Source: an uncultured Gemmatimonadales bacterium
GTDB lineage: Bacteria; Gemmatimonadota; Gemmatimonadetes; Gemmatimonadales; GWC2-71-9
Assembly: GCA_963695555.1 (NCBI GenBank)
Contig: CAVOGR010000001.1
Location: forward strand, 864,001 to 928,000
Length of the DNA: 64,000 nucleotides
Reading direction: 5' to 3'
Part shown: positions 1-10,180 of the stretch, in pieces
Numbering within the stretch: the first letter of the stretch is position 1
How the letters are laid out: each line of letters opens with the position of its first letter
Made by a program: the position numbers and the translations under genes
The notes under the pieces: model-generated
What the model was told of the DNA's origin: nothing
The model's database searches: none
Seen by the model: only the letters and a program-made list of their open reading frames with translations

Positions 1-2
1 GG

Positions 3-644
3 CCGTCGGACCACGGAAATACCATTGGGCAGGTCCAGCCGCTCCAGGTGGCCGGCCGCATCGAGCGTGACCGTGCCGGTGAGACCCCCGCTCAGCTGGA
101 CGATCGTTTCGGTGGGACGGCTCCCCGGGAGCCGCGTTGCGGTGAAGCCGATCCTGGCTCCGGTCCGGGGAAAGACGGCGGTGAGGCTCGAGCCCCCGGA
201 TGTTGCCAGGTCGGCGACGGCGGCGTACAGCACGAAGACGCTGTCCGTGAGGAGCACCATGGAAGAAGTGGCGGGCCACTGGCGGGCCGCCTCCATGTGC
301 TCGCCCAGACTGCGTACCGTCAGGCGCCCTCCATCGGTCGCGGCGAGAATGCGTCGCGTGGCCGACGTCGGAGGAAGGTCATACTGGAATGCGGCGATGG
401 AGCCGGCAGGCGTGCGCTGAAGCACGGCAACGAACGTCCGCACCGAGTCGCCACTCCTGAATCGTGCGGTGGAGGTGAGGGTCGTGCCAGGTCCGTCACC
501 GCGGCCCCGACCCTGGCGGAGGACGAATTGCTCACGCCCAACCTCACGGCCGTCCTGCCGGATCGACAAGGTGCCTTGGTCGAGGGCTTGAGCCGAGGCC
601 GTCCCCAGAGGAACGGCGAGGAGGAGCAGCAACACGACGATCAT
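3..644 (-). CDS. Exported hypothetical protein (3' end runs off the window)
   Basis: Not in the ORF track; translated by hand as MIVVLLLLLAVPLGTASAQALDQGTLSIRQDGREVGREQF..., open to the window edge. Signal peptide (ASA-Q). ATGA overlap with the creatininase stop. Confidence 0.75.
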   Translation of the reverse strand, partial: MIVVLLLLLAVPLGTASAQALDQGTLSIRQDGREVGREQFVLRQGRGRGDGPGTTLTSTARFRSGDSVRTFVAVLQRTPAGSIAAFQYDLPPTSATRRILAATDGGRLTVRSLGEHMEAARQWPATSSMVLLTDSVFVLYAAVADLATSGGSSLTAVFPRTGARIGFTATRLPGSRPTETIVQLSGGLTGTVTLDAAGHLERLDLPNGISVVRR

Positions 645-1372
645 CGACTCTCCGGCATGAAACATCTTCCCGCCACACGTTCAAACATAAACTGATAGAG
701 CGCCTGACCCTTCTCGGCCGAGGCCAAGCTCGGATGGCCAATCCCGCTGTGGAGCCCGACGGCTCGTCGCATCCTCCCACCCCGGCTGTACTTGGCAGCG
801 GTCTTGGCCGGCATCTCGGTATCCTGCGCGACCTCCATGCGCACCAAATGGGGAGCGATGAACAGCAGGAGCGACGTGTCGAGCTCCCCACCGTGTACTG
901 GACCACCGGGCCGTTCCAGGAGATGGCCGAACTGCATGGCGAAAACATCGATGACCTGAACCTGTGCCTTGGTGACAACCACGGTGCTCAAGGCCTCCTG
1001 GTGAGGTTCATATCCTTCGGCGGTCAGAATGAAAAACTCTCGGATGCCTGCCCCCTCCTCCCAAGATTCGATAAGTTCGTTCATGAATCGGTGGAGGGTC
1101 TTGCGCCTGAGCGATGCCCCCCCGCCCACGGGAGGTCCGGCAGTCACATTGACCCCAAATTCAATGGCGGGAGCCCGGAGGATCTGGAACCGAGCCGAGA
1201 GGTCGTCGGCCAGGCGGTCCACGATCAAGGTGTCGGTACCGAGCGGCAGGTGGGCCCCGTGCTGCTCGGTGCTGCCAACCGGGATGATCAACGCCGGCCG
1301 GTGCGAGATCCGTGCACGCACGTCGGTCGGGTGCATTTCCTTGATTCGTAACGGACGGGATTCGTGATCCAT
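641..1372 (-). CDS. Creatininase / creatinine amidohydrolase family protein
   Basis: PVGSTEQHGAHLPLGTD and HGGELDTS motifs; C-terminal ASAEKG. Confidence 0.85.
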   Translation of the reverse strand: MDHESRPLRIKEMHPTDVRARISHRPALIIPVGSTEQHGAHLPLGTDTLIVDRLADDLSARFQILRAPAIEFGVNVTAGPPVGGGASLRRKTLHRFMNELIESWEEGAGIREFFILTAEGYEPHQEALSTVVVTKAQVQVIDVFAMQFGHLLERPGGPVHGGELDTSLLLFIAPHLVRMEVAQDTEMPAKTAAKYSRGGRMRRAVGLHSGIGHPSLASAEKGQALYQFMFERVAGRCFMPESR

Positions 1373-4300
1373 CGCTCTCGATGGTGGCCTGGGCTACTCA
1401 TTGCCCTGGCGTTGGTCGCCGGGGAATGGCTCCGGCAGCCGGCACCCCTTTGGGTTTGGCTCGCGCTCGGGTTCGGCGTCTCGGCGGTGCTCGTGCTCGG
1501 TCGCGAGCGTGGCTGGCGCGGGCGATTCCTCACACTGGTCGTCGCGGCCCTCTTGGCGGCGCTGGCCGTGACGCAGTACCGGCTGAGCGCAGTCGAGCAC
1601 CGCTGGCCCGAGCTGCGCGAGCAGCGCGTGACGGATGCCTCCCGGCGTCTAGCCGGGGAACTTCGCGCGGCCTTCCTCCAGACCATCCAGCTCGCTGCCA
1701 TCGCCGCCGACGCAGCCGAGTTGGATCAGGGTGACGCGTTCGCGCGCTTGGCCGACGCCGTCCCAGCGCGCGGCCCCGAACTCGGTGTCGCTATCCTCGA
1801 ACCCACCGGGGCTCCGTGGGCGTGGGCCGGACGCTACCGGCTTCGACCCGAGGTTAGTGGTGACTCGATCACCACCCGCTGGAACGGATATTACCTGTTT
1901 CTCGAGACCCGGCGCCACTCCACGAATGGACGGGTGGCTGTGGTCTCCACTTTGGTGTGGGCCCACAGGGCGGTTCCACAGCATGGCCGGAGCTTAGCCG
2001 AGCTGTTCCATCGGAATACCGGCGTCGGGCTGCAGGTCTTTCCTCCCGGTCGGGCACCGCCGGGCCCCGATGTATTCGACTACGCGGAGCCGACGACCGC
2101 CGGCCCGCGCCTCCTCTTCAGCGTCGAGCCGGTTCCGCCCGAGCAGGGTGAAACGAGACGTCAGACGCTCGAAGGGGGAAGCGCCGTTGTCGCTGCGATT
2201 CTCCTGCTGCTGCTTCTCCTGGCTCTTGGCTGGGGCGAGACGCCGTTGCTGCGCTATCTCGCCATCGCGACCGCGCTGTGGGTGGCGATCCGATCGCCGG
2301 TCGGCGCCGCCCTGGGATTGGAATCGCTGTTCTCGCCGGCAACGTTCTTCCGCCCCGCACTCGGCCCCTTTTCCTCCTCCGCCGGCGTGCTATTGCTGAG
2401 CAGCATTGCCGTCACCATCGCCGGGGTTGCCCTCTGGCGCCGCGCGCTGCCACGCCATCCCCTCGGCATTCTGGTCGGTGTCGCCAGCCTTCTTGCCGCA
2501 CCCTATCTGGTGCGCGAGTTGGGTCGAGGCATCACGCCCCCAGCGAACGGCGTCTCGATGGGACTCTGGCTCGTCTGGGAGGTGGTGCTGCTCTCGACCT
2601 CCGCGGCCCTCATCGTCATTGCGGCGGCCCTATTCCGTGGCAAGGCGAATGGAGCCGGCGGTGGCTGGCGAGTCCGGGTCGGTTTGGGCATCGGACTCGC
2701 GTTCCTCGCGACGCTGGTGGGGATCCTGATTTGGAGCCCGCGGGGGGGATGGCCGCCGTGGTACACCTTCCTCTGGACTCCTGCGCTCTTTCTGGCGGCC
2801 ATGCCGGCCCCGCGTCTCGCGGCCATCACCTCGATCGCGCTCGTGGCCGGCAGTGCCAGCGCTCTCGTTACCTGGGGGGCAGTGCTGGAGGGACGGCTCG
2901 AAGTAGCCCGCCGCGACGTGACACGGTTGGGAGTGGAACCCGACCCGCTCGCGCTCCCGCTGCTCGAGAATTTCGCGGAGCAACTCGCGGCCGACCCGAT
3001 TCCGGGTGGGGCGAGGCCGGCCGCGCTGTTTGTTCGCTGGCACGCGTCCTCGGCACGACGTCAGGGCTATCCAGCGCATCTGGCCATCTGGTCCAACGAG
3101 GGGACGCTCGAGGGTGAACTCTCGCTCGACTCGACCGACGTCTCCAATCGACTCAGACAGGAGCTCGTGCGGGCGATGCCCGCCGATTCCATCCGCACGA
3201 TTACCGAGGTGCGTCGCTCCCCTGGCATTCACTATCTGCTGCTGGCCCGCACCGATTCGCTGTCCGTGGTGTCGCTCACGCTCGGTCCGCGAACGCGCCT
3301 CATCGGCCCGAGCCGGGTCAGCCAGCTTCTTACACCGAAAGACGAGCAATCCGAGTTGTATCAGCTGGCGATCTCGCCGCCCACGCCAGGGGTGTCCGAT
3401 GAAGCAGCGCGGCAGATGCGGTGGCGGCGTGAGGGGTGGGTCGTCCATGCTGAGCAGTCGGTAGAGCTTCCGGGCGGTCACCGCAGGGTGCATGCGGAAG
3501 TCGACCTGCGCGGTGCCACACCCGTGCTGGTGCGTGGCGCATTGGTGGTTCTGTTGGACGTGGTCGCGCTTTGGATCATCTGGGCCTTGGCCGAGCTGAT
3601 CGACGGAGCAACGCTTCGCCGGCCGGCGTGGCTTACGTGGCGCGGATCGTTTCGGGTCCGGTTGGGGGCGGCGCTCGCCGGATTCTTCATTGTTCCGGCT
3701 GTCGGGTTCTCGGCCTGGAGCTTCGCGCGGTTGGAGGATGAAGCGAGACAGAGCGCAGACCTGCTGGCGATCCGGACCCTACGTGATCCTGCGGTCACGG
3801 CCACTGGGGCAAGTTTGTTGTCACAGGAGCCCGAGCGGGCGACGGCGGCGGTCGAAGGCCTGAGCCAGCGGCTGGGTGCCGAACTGTTCGCCTACTCGGG
3901 CGGAGCCCTCGTGGCGACCAGCGCCCCGATCCTCCAGGAACTCGCGGTCGTCGCGCCTCTCATGGACCCGGGTGTGTTCGCGACCCTCGCCTTCGGGCGG
4001 GAACTGGAGACCAATCGCGACGGAGCAGGAATCGGCCTGGCGGAGCGGGTGGCATACCGGGTGACACAGTCCGGTCCGCCCGGCGGTTTCGGAACATTAG
4101 GGACTCCGCAACTGACCCATGAGCCGCATTTGGAGGAGCGGCAGGTGGATCTGGCGCTGGTGCTCCTGCTCGCCACCCTCGCGGGGTTGGCAGCGGCACT
4201 GTTGGGCGCGCAGGTCGCGGCCCGGGCGTTGTCGCGCCCGGTAGCCGATCTTCGCCGCGCCGCGCTCGCGATAGGACAGGGTCAGGCTGTGCCGCTTCCT

Positions 4301-5378
4301 GCGACCGTTCCTCTACAGGAATTCGAGCCGGTCTTCGGGGCATTCGATCGGATGGCCACGGACATTCGCCAGAGTCAGGCCGCGCTCGAAGCCGCTCGGC
4401 AGCGAACCGCGACAGTGTTGGCCACCGTCGCCACGGGCGTGGTCGGCCTAGATCCACAGGGCGACGTGATCATCGCCAACCCGAGGGCGCGCGAGTTGTT
4501 TGGGGTCGCCCTTCCCGCCGGCGAGCGATTCGAATCGCTGCTCGGAGTGGAGTGGACGCCGGTCCTGGCCGCTGTCCGGGCGTACGGACGCCGTCCCTCC
4601 GCAGCCGGAAGCAGCACCGAGCTCGACATCGGGACGCAGCGCTTCAGCCTCCAACTCGCATCGCTCGGGCAGGATCCCGGCGGCGTGGTGCTCGCCCTCC
4701 ACGACATCACCGAAGCCTCGCGTGCCGAACGGATCCTGGCGTGGGGTGAGATGGCCCATCAGGTAGCGCACGAAATCAAGAATCCGCTGACCCCGATGCG
4801 GCTTGGCATCCAACATCTCCGGCGGGTCTATGCCGACCGGGGAGCGGATTTCGATCGGACGCTCAGCGAAACGTCGGACCGCATCCTGGCGGAGATCGAT
4901 CGCCTCGATCGCATCGCCCGCGCATTCGGCCGGTTCGCTGCCCCGGTGGACGAGGCCACGCCGCTGGATCAGGTGGACCTCGCGGCCGTCGCCGGCGAGG
5001 TGGTGCAGCTCTATCAGTTGGCGGGTGGAGACGGCACGGAGGTCCGGCTGGACGTGCGTGGAGACGCGCGCGGACCAGCCAGAACGGATGAAGTCAAAGA
5101 AGTGCTGGTCAATCTGCTCGAGAATGCGCGCAACGCCGGGGCCAAGCGAATCACGGTGCGGGTCGGTCCGGGTGGAATCGAAGTGTCGGATGATGGAAGA
5201 GGGATTCCACCTGATCTCATCCCACGGGTGTTCGAGCCTCGCTTCTCGGCCACGACCAGCGGTGCCGGGCTCGGCCTCGCCATCGCGCGCCGCGTAGTGG
5301 AGAGCTGGGGCGGGCACGATCGAACTCACCAGTGCGGTCGGGAAGGGGACCACCGTCGTCGTTCGGCTCGTGGAGTGA
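1364..5378 (+). CDS. Large multi-pass membrane sensor histidine kinase (HAMP-PAS-HisKA-HATPase, NtrY-like); +1 frameshift near 5312
   Basis: H-box AHEIKNPLTP, N-box NLLENA, G1 DDGRGI, G2 GAGLGL. Removing one G near 5312 restores WGGTIELTSAVGKGTTVVVRLVE* with a stop at 5378. Confidence 0.88.
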
Positions 5379-5401
5379 TGGTGCGCGCCACGGGCGCGTC
5401 G

Positions 5402-6169
5402 TCAGGTGAGCAGGTGGGGCACGATGACGCCTGCGGGACCTCGCAGCAGTATCTCGGCGTCGCGATCGAGCGCCGTGGGTCCGGGATCGACGATCACCAA
5501 CATCGCTCCGGTGCTGCGCGCCTGGTAGGCCAAGCCGGCGGCCGGGTAGACCACCCCGCTGGTTCCGACCACCAGGCACACCTCGGCCGCCGTTGCAGCG
5601 CGGGCGGCGTTGGTGAGCTGATCGGCCGGCAAGACCTCGCCGAACCAGACCACATCCGGACGGAGCAGCGCGGCGCATGCCGGGCACCTGGGCGGCGCAC
5701 CCTCCCAGGCCCCAGCCGGGGCACGGTAGTCACACCGGGTGCATCGGTCGTGCACGATCGAGCCGTGCAGCGTGATCGGATCGGGCAGCGGTCGACCCCC
5801 CTCCACCGACGCAATCCGTGCCGCTCGATGGTGAAGACCGTCCACATTCTGGGTCACCAATGTGACGCCGGTTCTGGACGCCATCCATCGGGCGATGGAG
5901 ACATGTGCGGCATTGGGTTGGCACTCGGCGAGCCGGCCCCGCCGCCATGCATACCACTCCCACACCAAACCCGGGTCGCGCGCAAAGGCCTGGGGCGTCG
6001 CCAGGTCTTCGGGCTTGAAGTTCCGCCATAACCCGTCCGCGCCGCGAAAGGTGGGCACGCCCGATTCCGCGCTCACACCGGCCCCGGTCAGCACCAATAC
6101 GTGCGATGCCCCGGCGAGCAACTGGCGGGCCCGTGAAAGGTTCCGATCAGACGTCGCGTCGTGCGGCAT
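5402..6169 (-). CDS. cobB: NAD-dependent protein deacylase, sirtuin class III
   Basis: GAGVSAESGVPTFRG, TQNVDGLH, HGS, CxxC...CxxC zinc ribbon, RPDVVWFGE, GTSGVVYPA. The WYAWRR Tyr/Arg pair is typical of desuccinylases. Confidence 0.92.
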   Translation of the reverse strand: MPHDATSDRNLSRARQLLAGASHVLVLTGAGVSAESGVPTFRGADGLWRNFKPEDLATPQAFARDPGLVWEWYAWRRGRLAECQPNAAHVSIARWMASRTGVTLVTQNVDGLHHRAARIASVEGGRPLPDPITLHGSIVHDRCTRCDYRAPAGAWEGAPPRCPACAALLRPDVVWFGEVLPADQLTNAARAATAAEVCLVVGTSGVVYPAAGLAYQARSTGAMLVIVDPGPTALDRDAEILLRGPAGVIVPHLLT

Positions 6170-6238
6170 GGTTCTGGCCTAGACGATTAGTTTCCGTGAC
6201 AGTCCCGGCCCAGGTTTGTGAGAGAGGAACGTCACTCG

Positions 6239-7148
6239 ATGGATCTGCTCAACAGGAAATTAGTCTATCGCGCGGTGTCGAGCGCCGTCTTCGCGACGGC
6301 ATCGATTGGCGCGGCCACGACCCTCGCCGCCCAACAGGAGATGCCGGCCGGAATCAGTTGGCAGCCCGATTCCCTGGTTCAGGGTTCCATCGTCCGGTTG
6401 GATTTGCGGCCGGTGTCCGGTTCGACCGTGCTGCAGGTCACCGGCGTGGTCGCGGGCGAGCAACTCCATTTCGAAGTGGATTCGACCGGTTCCTACTGGA
6501 CTCTCGCAGGCCTCCCCATCGATGCCGCGGAGCGCTACCCGGTGTCCCTCACCGTTCGCTATGCCGATCGGACCGACACCGTGAGCGTTCGCCTTCCGGT
6601 TCGGCCGAGGAACGCGCCGATGGAGCGGCTGACCGTGGCGCCCAAGTTTGGCCGCCCGCTCGACAAGGCACTCGCGGCACGGGTCGAGCGGGAGCGAGCG
6701 CGGTCACGCCAGGTGTCTCGCGAGGCCCACCAAACACCGCGGCTTTGGAACTGGACCGTTCGTGCGCCCTCGGGAGAGCCGGGTGACCGGACAATTCGGC
6801 CGCGGCCGTCTGTATAACGGCCAGGTGACCGGTCGGCACATGGGGGTCGACCTGGCCGGCGACATGGGTGCTCCGGTCTACGCCGCCAACGATGGCGTGG
6901 TGGCGCTGGTGGCGGATTTCTACCTGGCCGGGAAGGCAGTCTATATCGACCATGGGGCCGGTTTGGTGACGGCCTACTTCCATTTGAGCAGCACCGATGT
7001 GTGGCAAGGAGATCTGGTCTCCAAGGGACAGCAGATCGGCGCCGTCGGCGCGTCCGGTCGGGTCACCGGCCCCCACCTGCACTGGGTGGCCCGCTATGGC
7101 GAGGTGACGGTGGACGCGGAGAGCCTCTTGGAGTTGGTAGGTAAGTAG
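6239..7148 (+). CDS. M23 family metallopeptidase, exported; +1 frameshift near 6748
   Basis: Signal peptide in frame 6218; HMGVD (HxxxD), YFHL and GPHLHW (HxH) in frame 6648. The frames join at CTT TGG (A) ACT GGA CCG. Confidence 0.88.
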
Positions 7149-7152
7149 GGTT

Positions 7153-7186
7153 GTGGGATGGTAGGATACAGGGTCTACCGTCCTAC
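7153..7186. terminator. Hairpin between convergent genes, probable terminator
   Basis: gtgggatggtagg / tctaccgtcctac stem (with G-U pairs) between the stops at 7148 and 7198. Confidence 0.5.
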
Positions 7187-7197
7187 CCACTGCGGCC

Positions 7198-8562
7198 CTA
7201 CTCAGTTCCTAGCCGTATCACCGTCACACCATCTCCCGCTTCGGTCCGCGCACCGCGGAAGCGCGCCACCATCCCATCCCCCTCGACGATCACAACGCCA
7301 CTCGAGTCCCGGACCGTTGGAGACCTGGGCAGGCCGGTGACGGTCAACCTGAGAACGCCGGCGAAGAGCGGATGGCCGGAGTCGCCGAGCGTGAGACCCG
7401 ACCGGTTCAAGATCTCGATGGTTCCAGTCTCGTTGCCAAGCTGGAGGTGTCGGGAATGCAGCACCTCCAAGTCGGCGACGCGCAGGACGTTCAGGGGGTC
7501 GAACCGCTGCGGGAAGAGTGGCGCGTTGGCCGCTTCAACAATGAGTCGCCACCCGGGTGCAGTCAGAAACTCCTCGCGGCGGGCCCTGAGCCTCGCGCCG
7601 AGGTCAGCGATGTCCGCCCGCGCGGCCGTCTTGAGGACTCGAAGGTCTTCGGGCACGGGCCCGCAGAAGCGGCGGCTCTCAGGTCTCGCCGCGGCCCGCT
7701 CGAGCAACTCGTCCAGGTGCCGGTCCGGATGCGCGGCGAGCGTTGCCTTCCATGCCGGGTCCAGGCGATCGAGCAGGTCGCTCATGGCCGCGCCAATGGC
7801 GTAGCTTCTGGCCCGCACGTCCTCCGGGGCGTAACTCGGGGCCGGGACCGAGATCGCGGTCCCGCTGGCACGCGCGCCGATGTATTCCGCCAGGCCCTCG
7901 AGCATTTCGGTGCCGCGTTCGTACGCGACCGACGCCGAGTCGAGGAATCCGAAGCGCTCCTTCCTGGCGTGGACCGCCGCCCGGGCCCAACAGGCCGCGT
8001 CGTCGCGATCGGGGCTCAGCATGGCCGCGCGAAGGCTCAGGGTCTCGAGCCGCCGGAGCTCCAGGTTGAGCGTGTCCGTCATCGGATACACGAACAGGTG
8101 CACGTCGTTCCCGCCCCAGGTGGGGTAGCGTACCCGTTGGAAGACGTGAAACGCCTCGTGCACCGCGACACGCGACCAGGCCCGGGGTGAAGGGTTGCTG
8201 AGCGTGTCGAGCAGGAGCGTGGCTGTCGGTATCCCGTCCCAGTCGAGGCTGGTATTCGCCCGCATGAGGTGGTGCTGGCCGCGGTATACTTGGGTCTCGG
8301 GCAGGCTATCGACCGGATGAAACCCTGCGAGTTCATGTGGATGGCGGAACATCCATGTGGTGGCGCCGTCGTACACGGCCAGCGGGATGGCCCGGGGGTC
8401 GAAGCCAGGCCAGGCCGATTCGGCGGCGACCGAATCGAAGGCGGAGGCCAGATCATAGGCCCGTGGCGCCGGACCGTCGGACGCCGGTCTGGCGCACGAT
8501 GCCGCGAGCCAGAGAACGCCCACCCACCAGCTATGTTGACCGCCTCCCCGCCATCGCGTCAC
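7198..8562 (-). CDS. Putative lipoprotein with HExxH zinc-peptidase-like motif
   Basis: GGAGG 5 nt before GTG at 8562; lipobox-like LAASC; VAVHEAFH plus downstream EGLAEY (gluzincin pattern). Confidence 0.7.
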   Translation of the reverse strand: MTRWRGGGQHSWWVGVLWLAASCARPASDGPAPRAYDLASAFDSVAAESAWPGFDPRAIPLAVYDGATTWMFRHPHELAGFHPVDSLPETQVYRGQHHLMRANTSLDWDGIPTATLLLDTLSNPSPRAWSRVAVHEAFHVFQRVRYPTWGGNDVHLFVYPMTDTLNLELRRLETLSLRAAMLSPDRDDAACWARAAVHARKERFGFLDSASVAYERGTEMLEGLAEYIGARASGTAISVPAPSYAPEDVRARSYAIGAAMSDLLDRLDPAWKATLAAHPDRHLDELLERAAARPESRRFCGPVPEDLRVLKTAARADIADLGARLRARREEFLTAPGWRLIVEAANAPLFPQRFDPLNVLRVADLEVLHSRHLQLGNETGTIEILNRSGLTLGDSGHPLFAGVLRLTVTGLPRSPTVRDSSGVVIVEGDGMVARFRGARTEAGDGVTVIRLGTE

Positions 8563-8900
8563 GAGCACCTCCAAAAAGTGTCTGCTCTCCTCGACGATTC
8601 GCCGCTCATCGGAATCGTTGCAGGATCCGGCGGCCATCCGTCGGTGGGCCGACTTCGAGCCCCCGTTGGAGAGACGTCGACAGGGCAGATGCCCCCACTG
8701 GGAGCAACCAGGCAGGGTCCTCCCACCATGGGTACCTGACGGCTCACGATTCTCACTGGCTGCCTGCGCTGTTCTGATGCAGCCTGGTATGGCAAAATCC
8801 CGAGCGCATTCGTAGGTTAGCGGATGCACCGTGCAACGCCCCGTCGCAGGCTCGGTGCCTCGTGAGGAACCAACCAGCACAATATCCGTGGAGCTCCTGC

Positions 8901-10043
8901 ATGAAACATGCTGCCATCTGTGCGCTAATCCTCGTGTGTGGGTTGCCGAGCACTCTGATCGCGCAGCGTGACTCGATCAGACTACCGTTCCCGACGGGCC
9001 CGTATCCTGTGGGAACGGTCACATTTCATTGGGAAGATCAATCTCGCACGCACAGGTCTTCGTCATTTGAGGACGACCTCCGGCAGATCGTCGTTCAACT
9101 CTGGTACCCAGGAGAGGACGACTCGACAGCGCAACGTGCACCTTATTCGGCCCTCTCTCCGGACTATCGTCACGTAGAGGGACACAGCAAACTTCGGACG
9201 GCGTTTTCGAGAAGAGTATCGACAAGCCCGCTGGTCCTGATCAGTCCCGGCCGGGGCGTCGAACGATTTGGCTACACGACGATCGCCGAGGCGCTCGCGA
9301 GCAATGGATATGTGGTCGCGGCCGTGGATATGCCGGAAATCGGGTACGTCATCTATCCGGACGGCTATATCGTCAAACCGAACGCCGCGTTTCGACCTTC
9401 CCGCGACCTGATGGCCGGGCCGTACGAGAAGGTCGACGAATTCTTCGAGACGCCGGCCGAGATGGGGCGTCTCGATCTCGAACTGGCACTCGTGAATCTT
9501 CGTCAGTTGAATGACGAGAATCCCACAAGTCGATTTACCAACAAGATCGAGCTCGACAATGTCGGGATATTCGGCCACTCATTGGGCGGGCGGATTGCGG
9601 GTGCATTGGCGGAACGGAACCCGAGTATCAAGGCATACATTTCGATGGAGGGCATCGCTCCACGGCGCGCCAGGTTCAATGGACTGGACATGCCCGTTGC
9701 CATGCTGGTCAGTAGCGGGACGCTTCCGTACGCCAAGGACAATTACCAGACACTGATTGATGGTCGTACGAACACCGTGTTCCTGGTCGAGCTCCAGACC
9801 TTCGGCCATAACTCGGTAACCGACTTTCCCACAGTCACCCCGGGACAATTCGACTACGAGGTGGACCCTCGAGTGGGCCTGGTCACATCGGTGGCGATCG
9901 TGCAGGCGTTCTTCGATGCGTATCTGAAAAAGAGCAGGGGGTTCCGTGAATCAGCCGGCAATCTCGAACACGTACTGGTCACCGAGTACGCCGGACGGGC
10001 GAAGAGATGGTCTGCTGGTTCTGCGGGCCGCCGCATCCCTTAG
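8901..10043 (+). CDS. Exported alpha/beta hydrolase (PAF-acetylhydrolase / dienelactone hydrolase-like)
   Basis: Signal peptide; PTGPYPVG, QLWYP, LASNGYVV, nucleophile elbow GHSLGG, GHNSVTD. Confidence 0.85.
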   Translation: MKHAAICALILVCGLPSTLIAQRDSIRLPFPTGPYPVGTVTFHWEDQSRTHRSSSFEDDLRQIVVQLWYPGEDDSTAQRAPYSALSPDYRHVEGHSKLRTAFSRRVSTSPLVLISPGRGVERFGYTTIAEALASNGYVVAAVDMPEIGYVIYPDGYIVKPNAAFRPSRDLMAGPYEKVDEFFETPAEMGRLDLELALVNLRQLNDENPTSRFTNKIELDNVGIFGHSLGGRIAGALAERNPSIKAYISMEGIAPRRARFNGLDMPVAMLVSSGTLPYAKDNYQTLIDGRTNTVFLVELQTFGHNSVTDFPTVTPGQFDYEVDPRVGLVTSVAIVQAFFDAYLKKSRGFRESAGNLEHVLVTEYAGRAKRWSAGSAGRRIP

Positions 10044-10180
10044 CGGGCTCCGATCCACAATTCGCGCGCCCTAGCAATCACCCCTACGTGGCGGCCAACG
10101 CCCGGCGCTCGCCCGGTCTGGTATGGCGCAATCCCGATCAAATTCATAGGTTATTGAATGCGCTGTTTCCGGACCAGGGC

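Noticed and set aside
641..1372. Mycofactocin MftE / RiPP peptidase
   Set aside because: No radical SAM enzyme, precursor peptide or other mft genes nearby.
1364..6031. 1555-aa kinase with a long C-terminal extension
   Set aside because: The extension is read-through caused by a frameshift near 5312 and runs antisense to cobB; the real stop is at 5378.
5402..6169. Sir2 protein as an anti-phage NADase (Thoeris/DSR)
   Set aside because: Short, zinc-ribbon class III CobB with deacylase motifs and no defence partner genes.
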